Below are positions 1 through 10,500 of a DNA stretch of 29,095 nt, one piece after another (position 1 is the stretch's first letter; each line of letters starts with the position of its first letter). The notes below the pieces were generated by a model. The model saw only the letters and a list, made by a program, of their open reading frames with translations, was not told the DNA's origin and ran no database searches. The translations under genes and the position numbers were made by a program. The stretch is from Candidatus Altarchaeum sp. (lineage in GTDB: Archaea > Altiarchaeota > Altiarchaeia > Altiarchaeales > Altiarchaeaceae), in contig JAGWDQ010000111.1 in NCBI GenBank assembly GCA_018260615.1, positions 1 to 29,095 of the forward strand, in the 5' to 3' direction.

Positions 1-33
1 TATTACAAACAAGTAGTTGGTTTTATCATCTTT

Positions 34-55
34 CCACAAGTTATTGAGAAGTTAC
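34..55. repeat. 22-bp sequence present as an inverted copy at 28975-28996 (possible IS/MITE terminus)
   Basis: CCACAAGTTATTGAGAAGTTAC matches the reverse complement of 28975-28996 at 21/22 positions. Confidence 0.7.
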
Positions 56-307
56 GATAATAATAATTTAGATCAATATAATAGACATGTTGCAAAATAA
101 CTTTTCCACCTTTAAATTCCTTTAAATTTTATTACTTTTCACCTTTAAAATTTTTAATTTGCAACAACTCTAATATTTACAGTAGCGGGGATAATACTCA
201 TCACAAGTCCAAGATAAAATTTACATTTCTTTTAAACAAAGGTAAAAAGTTCCATTTGTGAGAAAAATAAAAGTACCACTCATTTGAGAAATGTTTTACT
301 CCAAAAT

Positions 308-2617
308 CTACATTGTAGCAAGACTAATGTATTTTTTATCACCGTCATATTCTATTTTGTATATCTGCAAGTCATCTTTAAATTCATCAACCCACCCGCC
401 GTCCAATGGAAAGTCATTGGTTTCTTTTATTGAAATTATATATTGAACACCATATTTGTCCATAAATTGTCTTACTAGATGTATAAAAAGTTGTAAATTA
501 TCCTTGTCTAAGTTATTGGCGGCTTCATCTATTATAACTGGCAGTCTAAAATATACTGCTAAAGCAGTTAGTGCAGCAAGGCTGAAAAATGATCTTTCTG
601 CTCCACTTGGGTGGGTGATCTCCTTGTTTTTATAAATAATCTTGCTAACTAATAAACTGTCCTTGTTCATTTCTATACACGCATTCACCAAGCATTCAGT
701 TATGAGTAGGTCATTTATTTCAACTATAATTTCTTGGATTCCATTTATAATCTCTTGTTCGTCAAAAATATTATCTAAGATTGTAGTAAGAATTTTGTCG
801 AGCCTATTTGATACAATAGGAACTTTTATCAAATCAATATATTCAGCATCAATTTTTTCCCATTCCCTTCTTTTTTCCTTTGTTAAATCAGTTAGTATGT
901 TCTTATAAACATGAATGCCAACCTCCATATTTTTAAGTTTCATTAGACAAGAATTTATTTCACTAATATCAAATTCCTCTATTATTATACTTAATGGTTT
1001 CAACTTTTGGTTGATTTCATTTTTATACTCTAATTTCTTAGATTGTATGGTTCCCTTTACTTCTGATATGAATGCATCTACTTCGTTAAAATCGGCTTTT
1101 TTAGGGATTTTTATATCTTTTCCTGATGAAAATAAAAGTAATTTTTTTGAGACACTGACAATCCAATCTAAAATTTCTTTATCCTCTTTATTTTTATTAT
1201 TTTGCATGGTCGCACGGTACCTCTCAAGACAAACCATTTCATCACGGAATTTTCGGAATAATTTATCAGAATCTTCTTTATTTTTATATATTGCCCCTAA
1301 ATTAGATATGCTTTTGTTCAACTCGTTAACATATTCTCTTTTTTCCTTTTCTGGCCCTTCTGGAATAGGTTGGGGGTTTATTTTAGAAAAAGAGGAATCC
1401 TCTTTAATAAGTTTTAAAGGAATAATTGCATGAATCGCATCATCTATTTTTACTAAATCTGCTTTAATCCTTAAAGTTCCTTCCATAATATTGACATCTT
1501 TATCTAGAATGCATAGAACTTTTTCTTTCTCACTCTTAAATTTTTGGGGATTGTCCAATTTGATATCCAATCCTTCTTTTTCAGCAAGGGTGACTGCCTG
1601 ACGATAAAGAGTTTGCGCGTCTTTGAGTTTTTGATAAGTATTTTCCACTTGTTTATTTAAATTATTGTCACAAAACCTTTTAATTTCGTTTGGTGGTGAA
1701 ATTTCGATATTTTCCACTTTTATTAAATCATCAATAAGTTGTTTTAAAAGATATTCGTCATCTGAAATATCCTTGATGCTATTAAAACGATTTTTAATAT
1801 TTTTTTCTTCTAAAAGCAATCTTTTTAAATCATTCAAATAATTATTTTTAATCATATTGTCTTGGAAAAATTCTTTTAAATCTCCCTTCTCAACACTATC
1901 TACATATATCCTTATATCTTCAGAAACACGATATATTTTTTCAGACGTTTGACTCGGTTCATATTTATCGAGATCACTTAAATTAATAGTTATGTTTTTT
2001 AGTTCATCTGTTAATTTAGAAATAAATAGCTTATACTCCCTTTCTATTGAAGATATTCTTGCGGAAGATCCTTCTTTTAGCTTTTTTATACGTGTTCTGA
2101 AATTATTAGATAAGTCTTTTGCATTTCCAATTTCCTTAAACAACTCTCTAATTACGGCGTCAATATTCCTCTCGTTAAGTTGATCGAAACCCATTGCACT
2201 ATCTGGAGCAAAAAGAGCATTAAGTAAACCTATCTTTAACTCTTTATTTAAAGTGTCGTTGAACTCAAGTTTAGTATTTCCACAATTTTCTTTTCTCTCT
2301 ATCCAGCAAGCATCTCTATAGCGATCTATTTCTCTTTTAATCTTATATTGCTTATTATTATGTTCAAATTCTACAACTATCTTTCCAACACCTTTAGAAG
2401 GTGCCATTTCATTCGATGTTACAATCTGTAATTCATCATATCCTGATTTTTTCCCAAATCTTATTGTCTTGCTAAGAAAAGCGTATCTAATAGTGTGGAT
2501 TATATTGGACTTTCCTGATTTATTTGATCCGTAGATAACAACAATTTTATTATCAGGAAATGCCATTTCGCCTTGCAACTCCATTATATTTTCAAATTGT
2601 GCATTTATTAGTCTCAT
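308..2617 (-). CDS. Rad50/SbcC-like SMC-family ATPase without a CXXC zinc hook
   Basis: N-terminal Walker A GSNKSGKS, long coiled-coil middle, C-terminal signature-like PSGAE and Walker B/D-loop PVIIDEAANNLD; ATGA overlap (2614-2617) with upstream Mre11-like gene. Confidence 0.85.
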   Translation of the reverse strand: MRLINAQFENIMELQGEMAFPDNKIVVIYGSNKSGKSNIIHTIRYAFLSKTIRFGKKSGYDELQIVTSNEMAPSKGVGKIVVEFEHNNKQYKIKREIDRYRDACWIERKENCGNTKLEFNDTLNKELKIGLLNALFAPDSAMGFDQLNERNIDAVIRELFKEIGNAKDLSNNFRTRIKKLKEGSSARISSIEREYKLFISKLTDELKNITINLSDLDKYEPSQTSEKIYRVSEDIRIYVDSVEKGDLKEFFQDNMIKNNYLNDLKRLLLEEKNIKNRFNSIKDISDDEYLLKQLIDDLIKVENIEISPPNEIKRFCDNNLNKQVENTYQKLKDAQTLYRQAVTLAEKEGLDIKLDNPQKFKSEKEKVLCILDKDVNIMEGTLRIKADLVKIDDAIHAIIPLKLIKEDSSFSKINPQPIPEGPEKEKREYVNELNKSISNLGAIYKNKEDSDKLFRKFRDEMVCLERYRATMQNNKNKEDKEILDWIVSVSKKLLLFSSGKDIKIPKKADFNEVDAFISEVKGTIQSKKLEYKNEINQKLKPLSIIIEEFDISEINSCLMKLKNMEVGIHVYKNILTDLTKEKRREWEKIDAEYIDLIKVPIVSNRLDKILTTILDNIFDEQEIINGIQEIIVEINDLLITECLVNACIEMNKDSLLVSKIIYKNKEITHPSGAERSFFSLAALTALAVYFRLPVIIDEAANNLDKDNLQLFIHLVRQFMDKYGVQYIISIKETNDFPLDGGWVDEFKDDLQIYKIEYDGDKKYISLATM

Positions 2618-3903
2618 TTTTTATTTAGCACCCAATATTGTTTGATTTTTGAAAGAAATTCATTCATGTGCTCTTCTATTATGCCACTTCTTTGAGCGGA
2701 TAGTTGAAGAGATTTTTCAAATAAAGCAATTCTTAACACATCTACTTTTTTGGATAAGTTTTCATTAGTAAAAATTTCATCAAAAAGATCTTGGGCCAAT
2801 TCTTTTTCATTAATTTGGAGTGAATTCAGCACTTTATTTTCTAGTTCATTAATATCCATAATTTTGTCAATGCCTTTTAGTTCAATTGATTTTTTTGGTT
2901 CATCTGTTCGCTCAACAAAAATATCTAAAGTACGTATCTTCTGATATTTATTTGTTTCTTTTCGAATAGTATCTTTAAAAGTGACTCCTTTTGCCGAGAC
3001 CCATACCCAAAGTAATTCTGGACGGATTTCATTTTCTAATAACTTAGAATATACTTCGTTAATTCCTTCAATAACATCATTGGGATTATTTCCGTTAATA
3101 TTTACATGAATTATCTTTTGTACGGGCGTGTATTTCTTGAACCTTGTTTTATTACCCTCCAAGATTACATAACCAAAAGGAGAATCCTTTTTTTTAGGCA
3201 CATCTAAGTCACCAGGCCAATGGTACTCAATCATATAATTGCACTTCAATTTATGAGACGGGATTAAAGCAGGTAAAGAATAAAGATTAGTGCTGCCGAA
3301 CAATCCACAATCATAGGAATGCATATGCCCATTAAAAATAAAATTAAATCTTTTGCTTAGCTCCCGAATAATCTCATTTTTTAATCCAGGTATACCTAGC
3401 ACTGGCAAGGTTTCATGCATAATAAGAATATCACCTTTTGATGGAATTTTTTCTTCTGGAATTTCATAATAACCTCGTCGGTAGTTAGATTCCATGAAAT
3501 AAATTCTAAAATCTCCAACTTTCTCTTCTTTGTTTCTTACAAAATGAAAATTACTTCCTAAACTATTTTCAAGCTCTATTAATATAGATGACGAATCATG
3601 ATTTCCTTTCAGCGCATAAACTCCATATTTTGTGCCATTAATCAGTTTCCTCAATTCGTCTTGAATGTTAGGCCAGTACTTAGCAGCTTCCGCATCCGTT
3701 ACAAAATCACCGCTTTTCTCCAGTTGATCAAACATATCCCCAGCAATTATAATTACATCAGGTTTTTCTGTGAGTATTTGATCAACAACTTTTCTAAAGT
3801 TTTCAATAGAAACTCTACCTTCGAATGGTATAAAACATCCATCCTTAAAACGCTTAGCATGTATTAGTAGATGAGCATCACTTATCATTAATATTCTTGT
3901 CAT
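2614..3903 (-). CDS. Mre11/SbcD-like metallophosphoesterase nuclease
   Basis: All five phosphoesterase motifs in order: SDAH, GDMFD, GNHD, MHE, GHMH; directly upstream of the SMC-like ATPase. Confidence 0.88.
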   Translation of the reverse strand: MTRILMISDAHLLIHAKRFKDGCFIPFEGRVSIENFRKVVDQILTEKPDVIIIAGDMFDQLEKSGDFVTDAEAAKYWPNIQDELRKLINGTKYGVYALKGNHDSSSILIELENSLGSNFHFVRNKEEKVGDFRIYFMESNYRRGYYEIPEEKIPSKGDILIMHETLPVLGIPGLKNEIIRELSKRFNFIFNGHMHSYDCGLFGSTNLYSLPALIPSHKLKCNYMIEYHWPGDLDVPKKKDSPFGYVILEGNKTRFKKYTPVQKIIHVNINGNNPNDVIEGINEVYSKLLENEIRPELLWVWVSAKGVTFKDTIRKETNKYQKIRTLDIFVERTDEPKKSIELKGIDKIMDINELENKVLNSLQINEKELAQDLFDEIFTNENLSKKVDVLRIALFEKSLQLSAQRSGIIEEHMNEFLSKIKQYWVLNKK

Positions 3904-4040
3904 AGTTCGATTTATTTACAGTAATATCTATATTTCGCACATCAGGCCAATTTTTTAATTTAATTATGAACACAATATTATTAGATTTACTTACAAAATT
4001 ATTATTCGTGAAATAATTTCAAAATTTTAACCCTCAAAAC

Positions 4041-5402
4041 TTACAAAATCGTTATCTTCAGCCGTCTCCTTAATTCCTCATTCTTCAGCATAAATTCCGC
4101 TGCCTTTAAAAATATTCCTCCTATATGTGCCGATGCATCGTTTGGCTCGTTAAGAAGATGTTTTGCCGCTCTCCACAACACGGCAACGGGATATGTGCTT
4201 ATATTCCTTATCTCATAAATCAAAACATTATCAACCTCCGAAAGTATGCGATACGCATCGGATATGGAAATTTTTTCAACATCAGGTAATGCCTGAGGTT
4301 CTATCTCCTTCTCGTATTGGGATAATTTTGCATAAAGTAAAATATTCCTGTTTTCAAGCATTCCGTTAGCAAGTATTTTCATTGAAATTTCTGCCGCCCT
4401 GATATAGTCATTCATAACTTTCTCATAGCCCTCTTTTGAATTAAAATTTACATTCTCCGCCTGTTTTTCTATTTCCATAACAACCTTTTCGGCGACCTTT
4501 ACAAAATATTTCGGAATTGTTCTCTCATAACCGCTGTGAATTTCATTATACGCATTTAAAACCATAGAATATGCCAGTTGTAATTTATTTCGCTGTTCGG
4601 GTGTTATCTTTGCCGTCGGAATTAAATTTATAACGACTTTTTCATTCCTGTTTATGGTTATATGTCTCATCTGACTTTCGCACAAGTCCTTTTCAGCGCT
4701 CAGGAGGTATTCTCCCTTCGGAACTGTTAATGTGCACATTCCTTCGCTGTTTGTATTTACTTCCTGCCTGCTTTTCTGGCTTCCTATTAAAATTTTTGCA
4801 TTGTTAAGGGGAATTCCCGATGGTGTCCGGACAAAAATTTCAACCACGAACATACCTTCCGTAATACCTTTGAACAGACCTTTTGCTTCCGTGTATGACT
4901 TTCCTTTATCCGTGTTTAAAAGTGCATCAAAATTCATATCCGTTTTTAAATTGAGCGTCTGATTTATTGCGGTATAGCCATCCTTTACTATTTTAATATT
5001 ATATCTTCCCTCATCCAAATTCGGAATTGTAACTGTTGACGGAATTTTATTTGAGAATTCTATATCGCCGCTTTCTTTTTGTAAAAGCAGGAATGCGTCG
5101 TTTATTGCCTTTTTGTTCTCATCCGAAACCTTAAAGGTGAGCTTAAATTTCCGTCTGCCGCCAAGACCACTCATACCCAATCCTCCGCTTAACGCCTTGC
5201 CAAAATCAGTACTTTCCTTTTCATCGCCCTTTTTGTAAAATTTAAAGTAGTAAACAACGATTGCCGAGACCAGCAACACAATAATAAAAATAAGAATTAT
5301 CTGAAGACCTACCTCCCCTGCATTTGAAGCATTGCCTGTGATATTTACTGCCTCATTTACTGTTTCGTTTGCTGTCGTTGCCCCAAAAGATGACTCTGAC
5401 AT
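4041..5402 (-). CDS. Single-pass membrane protein with PEGA/carboxypeptidase-regulatory-like beta modules and helical C-terminus
   Basis: Hydrophobic helix at about aa 32-54; repeated beta modules GRYNIKIVKDGY and VPKGEYLLSAEK, plus GIPLNNAKI; function unknown. Confidence 0.6.
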   Translation of the reverse strand: MSESSFGATTANETVNEAVNITGNASNAGEVGLQIILIFIIVLLVSAIVVYYFKFYKKGDEKESTDFGKALSGGLGMSGLGGRRKFKLTFKVSDENKKAINDAFLLLQKESGDIEFSNKIPSTVTIPNLDEGRYNIKIVKDGYTAINQTLNLKTDMNFDALLNTDKGKSYTEAKGLFKGITEGMFVVEIFVRTPSGIPLNNAKILIGSQKSRQEVNTNSEGMCTLTVPKGEYLLSAEKDLCESQMRHITINRNEKVVINLIPTAKITPEQRNKLQLAYSMVLNAYNEIHSGYERTIPKYFVKVAEKVVMEIEKQAENVNFNSKEGYEKVMNDYIRAAEISMKILANGMLENRNILLYAKLSQYEKEIEPQALPDVEKISISDAYRILSEVDNVLIYEIRNISTYPVAVLWRAAKHLLNEPNDASAHIGGIFLKAAEFMLKNEELRRRLKITIL

Positions 5403-5618
5403 TGTTAAATTTATAAAGATATAAATTATAAATTTGAAAAATTTAATGGTATAAAATATTATAAATTAATTTGTTATAGAAATATAAATATTTGAAAATA
5501 TCTAAAACATTTTGTTGTTAAATTTGTTTGATACAATTCCAAATAATTAATTCAATATCCTTTGTTTTTCTTTAAATTTTCAAGTTCGCAGAGACGGCTT
5601 CAATATAACATTGCTGTT

Positions 5619-5940
5619 CACCTCGCTGTCGTAAAAACCTTCAAGGTTTTTAGGATACTAAAAATGCTTGAAGCATTTTTACTATCGCAAAAATCTACAG
5701 GATTTTTGGGATATTCAAAAATCACCTCACTTCGTTCGGAGATTTTCAAATCTCTACGATTTGAAAATGCTTGAAGCATTTTTGATATTGCTCGGAGATT
5801 TACAAAACTTCGCGTTTTGAAAATGCGTTTTGAAAATGCTCGGATATTTTCAAACCTCTGCGTTTTTAAAATAAGTTCGCTTCGCTCTCATTTAAAAATG
5901 CTACAAACATTTTTAAAGATTGAAAACTTATAGTTTTCAG
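5619..5940. repeat. Field of modular palindromic (hairpin) repeats, REP/BIME-like
   Basis: Palindromes AAAAACCTT-C-AAGGTTTTT (5633-5651), AAAATGCTT-G-AAGCATTTT (5661-5679 and 5764-5782), ATTTTCAAATC-N5-GATTTGAAAAT, joined by CCTCRCT..CGYTCGG-type linkers; homologues at 12996, 23758-23886 (inverted), 26588-26724. Confidence 0.85.
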
Positions 5941-5941
5941 T

Positions 5942-6205
5942 ATATTTTCAAAACTTTGCGATTTTGAAAATAACCTCACTCCGTTCGGATATTTTCAAAA
6001 CTTTGCGATTTTGAAAATAACCTCACTCCGTTCGGATATTTTCAAAACTTTGCGATTTTGAAAATAACCTCACTCCGTTCGGATATTTTCAAAACTTTGC
6101 GATTTTGAAAATAACCTCACTCCGTTCGGATATTTTCAAAACTTTGCGATTTTGAAAATAACCTCACTCCGTTCGGATATTTTCAAAACTTTGTGTTTTG
6201 AAAAT
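5942..6205. repeat. Perfect tandem array of a 47-bp unit: 5 full copies plus one partial variant
   Basis: Unit ATATTTTCAAAACTTTGCGATTTTGAAAATAACCTCACTCCGTTCGG starts at 5942, 5989, 6036, 6083, 6130; partial at 6177; each holds an 11-bp stem TATTTTCAAAA/TTTTGAAAATA with 8-nt loop. Confidence 0.97.
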
Positions 6206-6610
6206 TACACTTAAAAGTATTATTATTCCCGCAATCGCAAAGTATATGCTTATTGTCCTCAACGGAATTATAATCATATCCATTGATTGTGAAAAATCCA
6301 CACTTACCGGAAGAAATCCGGAATAATTTCCGACAAGCAATCCGGTAAACAACAGAAATGCAATTGAAAGCATCCCGAGTGCACAGGCAAGCAAAGTAAC
6401 TCCTGTGTATTTTTTCCATATTTTGTTTTTTATAATATAAACAACCCTTACGACAAACAAAATCCCTAATATTATGGAAAACACCTTTACTATTGTCCCG
6501 GTTCCCGGAACTGATGGCTCTGTTCCCAAAATATATGGCTGAATACTTACAATTACAATTACGGCAGTGCTTATTATTAGTCCCCAAAGCAAAATTTTAT
6601 TTATATCCAT
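6164..6610 (-). CDS. Small integral membrane protein (about 4 TM helices) downstream of fdhB
   Basis: Four hydrophobic stretches, no His residues; co-oriented 107 bp after fdhB; last codons and TGA stop lie inside the tandem array. Confidence 0.7.
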   Translation of the reverse strand: MDINKILLWGLIISTAVIVIVSIQPYILGTEPSVPGTGTIVKVFSIILGILFVVRVVYIIKNKIWKKYTGVTLLACALGMLSIAFLLFTGLLVGNYSGFLPVSVDFSQSMDMIIIPLRTISIYFAIAGIIILLSVIFKTQSFENIRTE

Positions 6611-6717
6611 TTTAAAAATTTTATAGATTTTTATAAATATTTGAGCGTTAGCGAAATTATTTTAAATTTTATTTAATTTTAAATTTTATTTTTTAAATTT
6701 GAATTTTAAATTTAATT

Positions 6718-7470
6718 TTATTTTTCACCTTCCTGCACCTTTTTCTTTCTATCACCATAAATTTTTAATCCGACTAATGCCGCTCCCCCCAATATACTTA
6801 AAACACCAACCGGATGCTTGATTGCATCCAAAACATTTGCTATGTTATGAATCTCTGCAACTTTAAAGTCAATGTTTTCAAAAGGCATATTTGAAGCATA
6901 AATTACAGATGAATTATAACTATTATTTACTCCGCCACCATAAACATACTTAAATTTAGATGCGTATTGTTTCATTTCATCAATATCCCCGAATTTTAAT
7001 GCCTTTGAAGGACATGCTTTTACACAAGCAGGATCTAACACCGGATTTTGCGTAATCCTGTCATAGCATAATGTACACTTCGCTGGCTTTTTATTTTCAT
7101 CCATAACCGGAACATCAAAAGGACAAACCTGCGCGCACAATCCCACACCTTCGCACTTGTTTCTGTCTACCACAACCGCACCGTTATCATATTTTACTAT
7201 TGCATGAGCGGGACAGTTCTTTACACATTGCGGGTCATCGCAGTGCATACACTGTCTTTTATAAAAATTTTTAATGTCTTTTTCATGTATGTAGGTAAAT
7301 TCATTATCACTAAATTTATCCGTGCCTTTTGCCTTCTCAACTGCCTTTCTTACTTCGTCCTGATTCCTGTTTTCAATCTTTGGTTCTAATTTATTCCAGC
7401 TCTTGCATGCCACAATACAGGATCTGCATCCGGTGCATTTGTCCAAATCAATTAATAACGACTTTGTCAT
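6718..7470 (-). CDS. fdhB: Formate dehydrogenase iron-sulfur (beta) subunit, FdnH/DmsB-like, with C-terminal membrane helix
   Basis: Motifs CTGCRSCIVAC, CMHCDDPQCVKNCP, CEGVGLCAQVCP, CTLC..PACVKACP; C-terminal hydrophobic helix; directly follows fdhA. Confidence 0.88.
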   Translation of the reverse strand: MTKSLLIDLDKCTGCRSCIVACKSWNKLEPKIENRNQDEVRKAVEKAKGTDKFSDNEFTYIHEKDIKNFYKRQCMHCDDPQCVKNCPAHAIVKYDNGAVVVDRNKCEGVGLCAQVCPFDVPVMDENKKPAKCTLCYDRITQNPVLDPACVKACPSKALKFGDIDEMKQYASKFKYVYGGGVNNSYNSSVIYASNMPFENIDFKVAEIHNIANVLDAIKHPVGVLSILGGAALVGLKIYGDRKKKVQEGEK

Positions 7471-7537
7471 TTTAAATTTTACTTTAAATTTTTAAATTTT
7501 TTAAATTTTGTTTTATTTAAATTTAATTTTTTGACTT

Positions 7538-10500
7538 TTATGCCTTTTCAATATTACATAACGCAACTTTATATTCCGGAATATTTGCATTTGGATCAAG
7601 TGCATCAATAATTAGGTAATTTGCAGAATCACCCGTTGATAAGCCCTTAAATCCCCAGTGCCATGTTACTGCAATCGTCTTTTCATTAACCCTTCCGTTA
7701 ACCCTTGCTCTGACTCTGATGCTTCCTCTCTTTGTTGAAATTTTTACATAATCGCCATTGTTTATTCCTTTTTCATTTGCTAATTTCTCATTAATTTCGC
7801 AAAATGGCTCCGGCTCTAATTCAACTAAATAAGGGATATTTCTTGTTGTTTGTCCCGCGAGCATGTGTTCCAGTAGTCGGAAAGTTGTTAAAACATAAGG
7901 AAAGTCCTTAACATCTCCGATTTCAAGTTCCCCTACATTGCTCGTGTTTTTCTTTGGATCCGCATCAAATTTCACATAAGGAGGATATTTTTTGGATATA
8001 TCCGGATATGGTGATTCTATTGGTTCCATGTGTTTTGGCAGGAATCCGTCTTTCAAAGGCGAAGTTAATGCCCCCAACGCTGCAACACCTTCTTTTGTCA
8101 AAAATCCATCGTTCGGAATAAAGTATGAGCCCTTTTTGTTTGGCCTGTATGTATCGTCCTTAAATTTATATTGAATTTCCAGATGTTTTCCCTTTTCCGT
8201 ATGAACATAATACAAAACATGCCTGTTTACCGGCCATGTCCATCCCCATCCCGGATAAACACCTTCACCGTTATCGCTGACATTGTCTCTTCTCTTTGCA
8301 TAATTTGTTCCATTGTTTATCACTTCATCGCCAAATTCGTCTGTGCTTCTCGTTTCAATAACGCCCGAATATTTTCCAATTACATCGTAAATCCAGCAGC
8401 CCTTCATCACTTCCTTTAACACATCTTCTGCGACTTTTTCGCAATCAAAATTTGTATTATTGCCTTTTAAATATCCGTAATTAAAAGCATGATTAAATGC
8501 TTCCTGCGGACTGTTAAATTTATTGCCGTCAAAATTTAGTGCTCCTTTTTCATACAATTTTTCTGCTAAATTTATTAAAATTTCCAAATCGGATTTTGAC
8601 TCATACAATGGCTCTGTTGCTTTATATCTCCACTGAACACATCTTCCGCTGTTAGTTACGCTTCCGGCTTTTTCTGCAAATGTGCTTGCAGGCAGTAAAT
8701 ATGTAGAACTGTTTTCATTTCTTTCTGCTGCTGCACTTTCCGATTCAAAAATATCCACGACAACAAGTAATTCCAGATTTTTGAATGCCTCTTTAACAAT
8801 ATTTAAATTTGGCGATGAAACCATTGGATTTTCCCCGAATATTACCAATGCTTTTACTGCTCCATCTTTTGCCTTTCTGAGCATAACCTGGCTGCTGTAT
8901 CCGTTTCCTTTTGGCAATTGTTCATAATTTATTCCCCACAGGCCAGTTCCTTTTCCGCCTTTATGCCCCGAAAATTTGTCTTCCGGAAAATTGTCGGTTA
9001 AAATATTAAAAATTTCATTTTGCCTGAATTTCCCAAGTCGTGCTTTTCCAAAGGAACTCCAGTAAGCCCCTAATTTCTGATCTTTTTGCGGAACACCTAA
9101 ATAAGCAGGCAATATGTGGCATAATCCCATATCTGTTGCTCCCTGAACATTACTGATTCCCCTCATTGCATTTATTCCGCCGCCGGGAATTCCGATATTT
9201 CCCAAAAGCAACTGCAAAACAACATAACTCCTTATATATTGTACTCCTGTCGTATGCTGTGTTGTGCCCATTGAATACAAAATAGTCACGGGTTTATTTT
9301 TCGCAAATATTTCTGCTGTTTGTTTTATCGTTTCCTTTTCAACCCCTGTAATTTTTTCAACCTCTTCCGGAGTATAAGGGGAAATGACTTCTACTAGCTT
9401 GCTGAATACCGTATCTTTATTTGCCTTCATTTCCTCTGCTGTCCAAACACCGGCATAAGCTCCATAACAGTCCCCATAGACCTTTACACCTGCAGGAATC
9501 TTTGAAATTTCTTTGTCCTGTTCATCTAAAATTTCTACCTCTCCCGATGCCTTTTCATTTTCTATTTTACTCACAAAAGAAAATTTATTTTTTGAAAGAA
9601 CAAAATTTTTCCCGTCCAGAGAAATTTCTTCAAAAGGTATATCTTTTCCGTTTTCATCCTTTCCTGTTATCTTTATTTTAATTGCCTTATCATTATCACT
9701 GCCTGATCTTATTTTTAACTTTTTATTCTCCGGCAATGCACTTATCTTTATCTCAATTAATTTGCCTTCATTATTCAGTAAGAAAGGAGTATTTGTTCTG
9801 TTCATTAAATAAATTTCATCATACCATTTGTTTTCAATTATTTCTTTGCATATCCCGTTTATTAATGCGATGTCTGTTCCGGGACGATGCTGCATGTAAA
9901 TATCCGACATATTTGCCGTTTTTGTATATCTCGGGTCTGCAACGATAATTTTTGCCTCATTCTTTTCTCTTGCTTCCGTAACCCACTGAAATCCAACGGG
10001 ATGATTTTCAACAATATTGCTTCCGATAATAAAAACACATTTGGCATTTTTAATATCCACCCAGTGATTTGTCATTGCACCTCTTCCGAATGAAGGAGCT
10101 AAGGCACCAACAGTTGAAGCATGGCATTTTCTTGCCTGATGTTCTATGTTGTTTGTACCGAATATCCTCGCAATTTTTTGAATTAAATAGTCCTCTTCGT
10201 TTGTAGCGTGAGAGCATCCGTAAAATCCAACGGCATCCGGCCCGTATTTAGTCCTTATTGCTTTTAATTTTTCAGAAATTTCATTGTATGCATCATTCCA
10301 TAAAATTTTTTCCCAATGTCCGTTTCCTGTTTTCTTTGATGGCTCTTTAACTCTGAAATCATTATATATCTGCTGAATTGCTGCATTACCTTTGCTGCAT
10401 AAACTTCCCCTGTTTATCGGGTTTTCTTCGTCTCCTTCTATATGAACAACTTTATTATCTTTAACATAAATTTTCATTCCGCATCCGACGGCACAATACG

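Noticed and set aside
89-166. Small element with GTTGCAAA/TTTGCAAC ends and an internal CACCTTTAAA duplication
   Set aside because: Only 8-bp arms in very AT-rich DNA and no second copy in the window; insufficient support
5562-5774. 70-aa ORF as a real gene
   Set aside because: TTG start and lies almost wholly within palindromic repeats; no recognisable motif
5942-6205. CRISPR array
   Set aside because: Units are directly abutting identical 47-mers with no unique spacers, and no cas genes are present
6183-6587. 134-aa alternative-frame ORF
   Set aside because: Overlaps the more plausible membrane-protein ORF on the same strand; Cys/Arg-rich composition typical of a shadow frame
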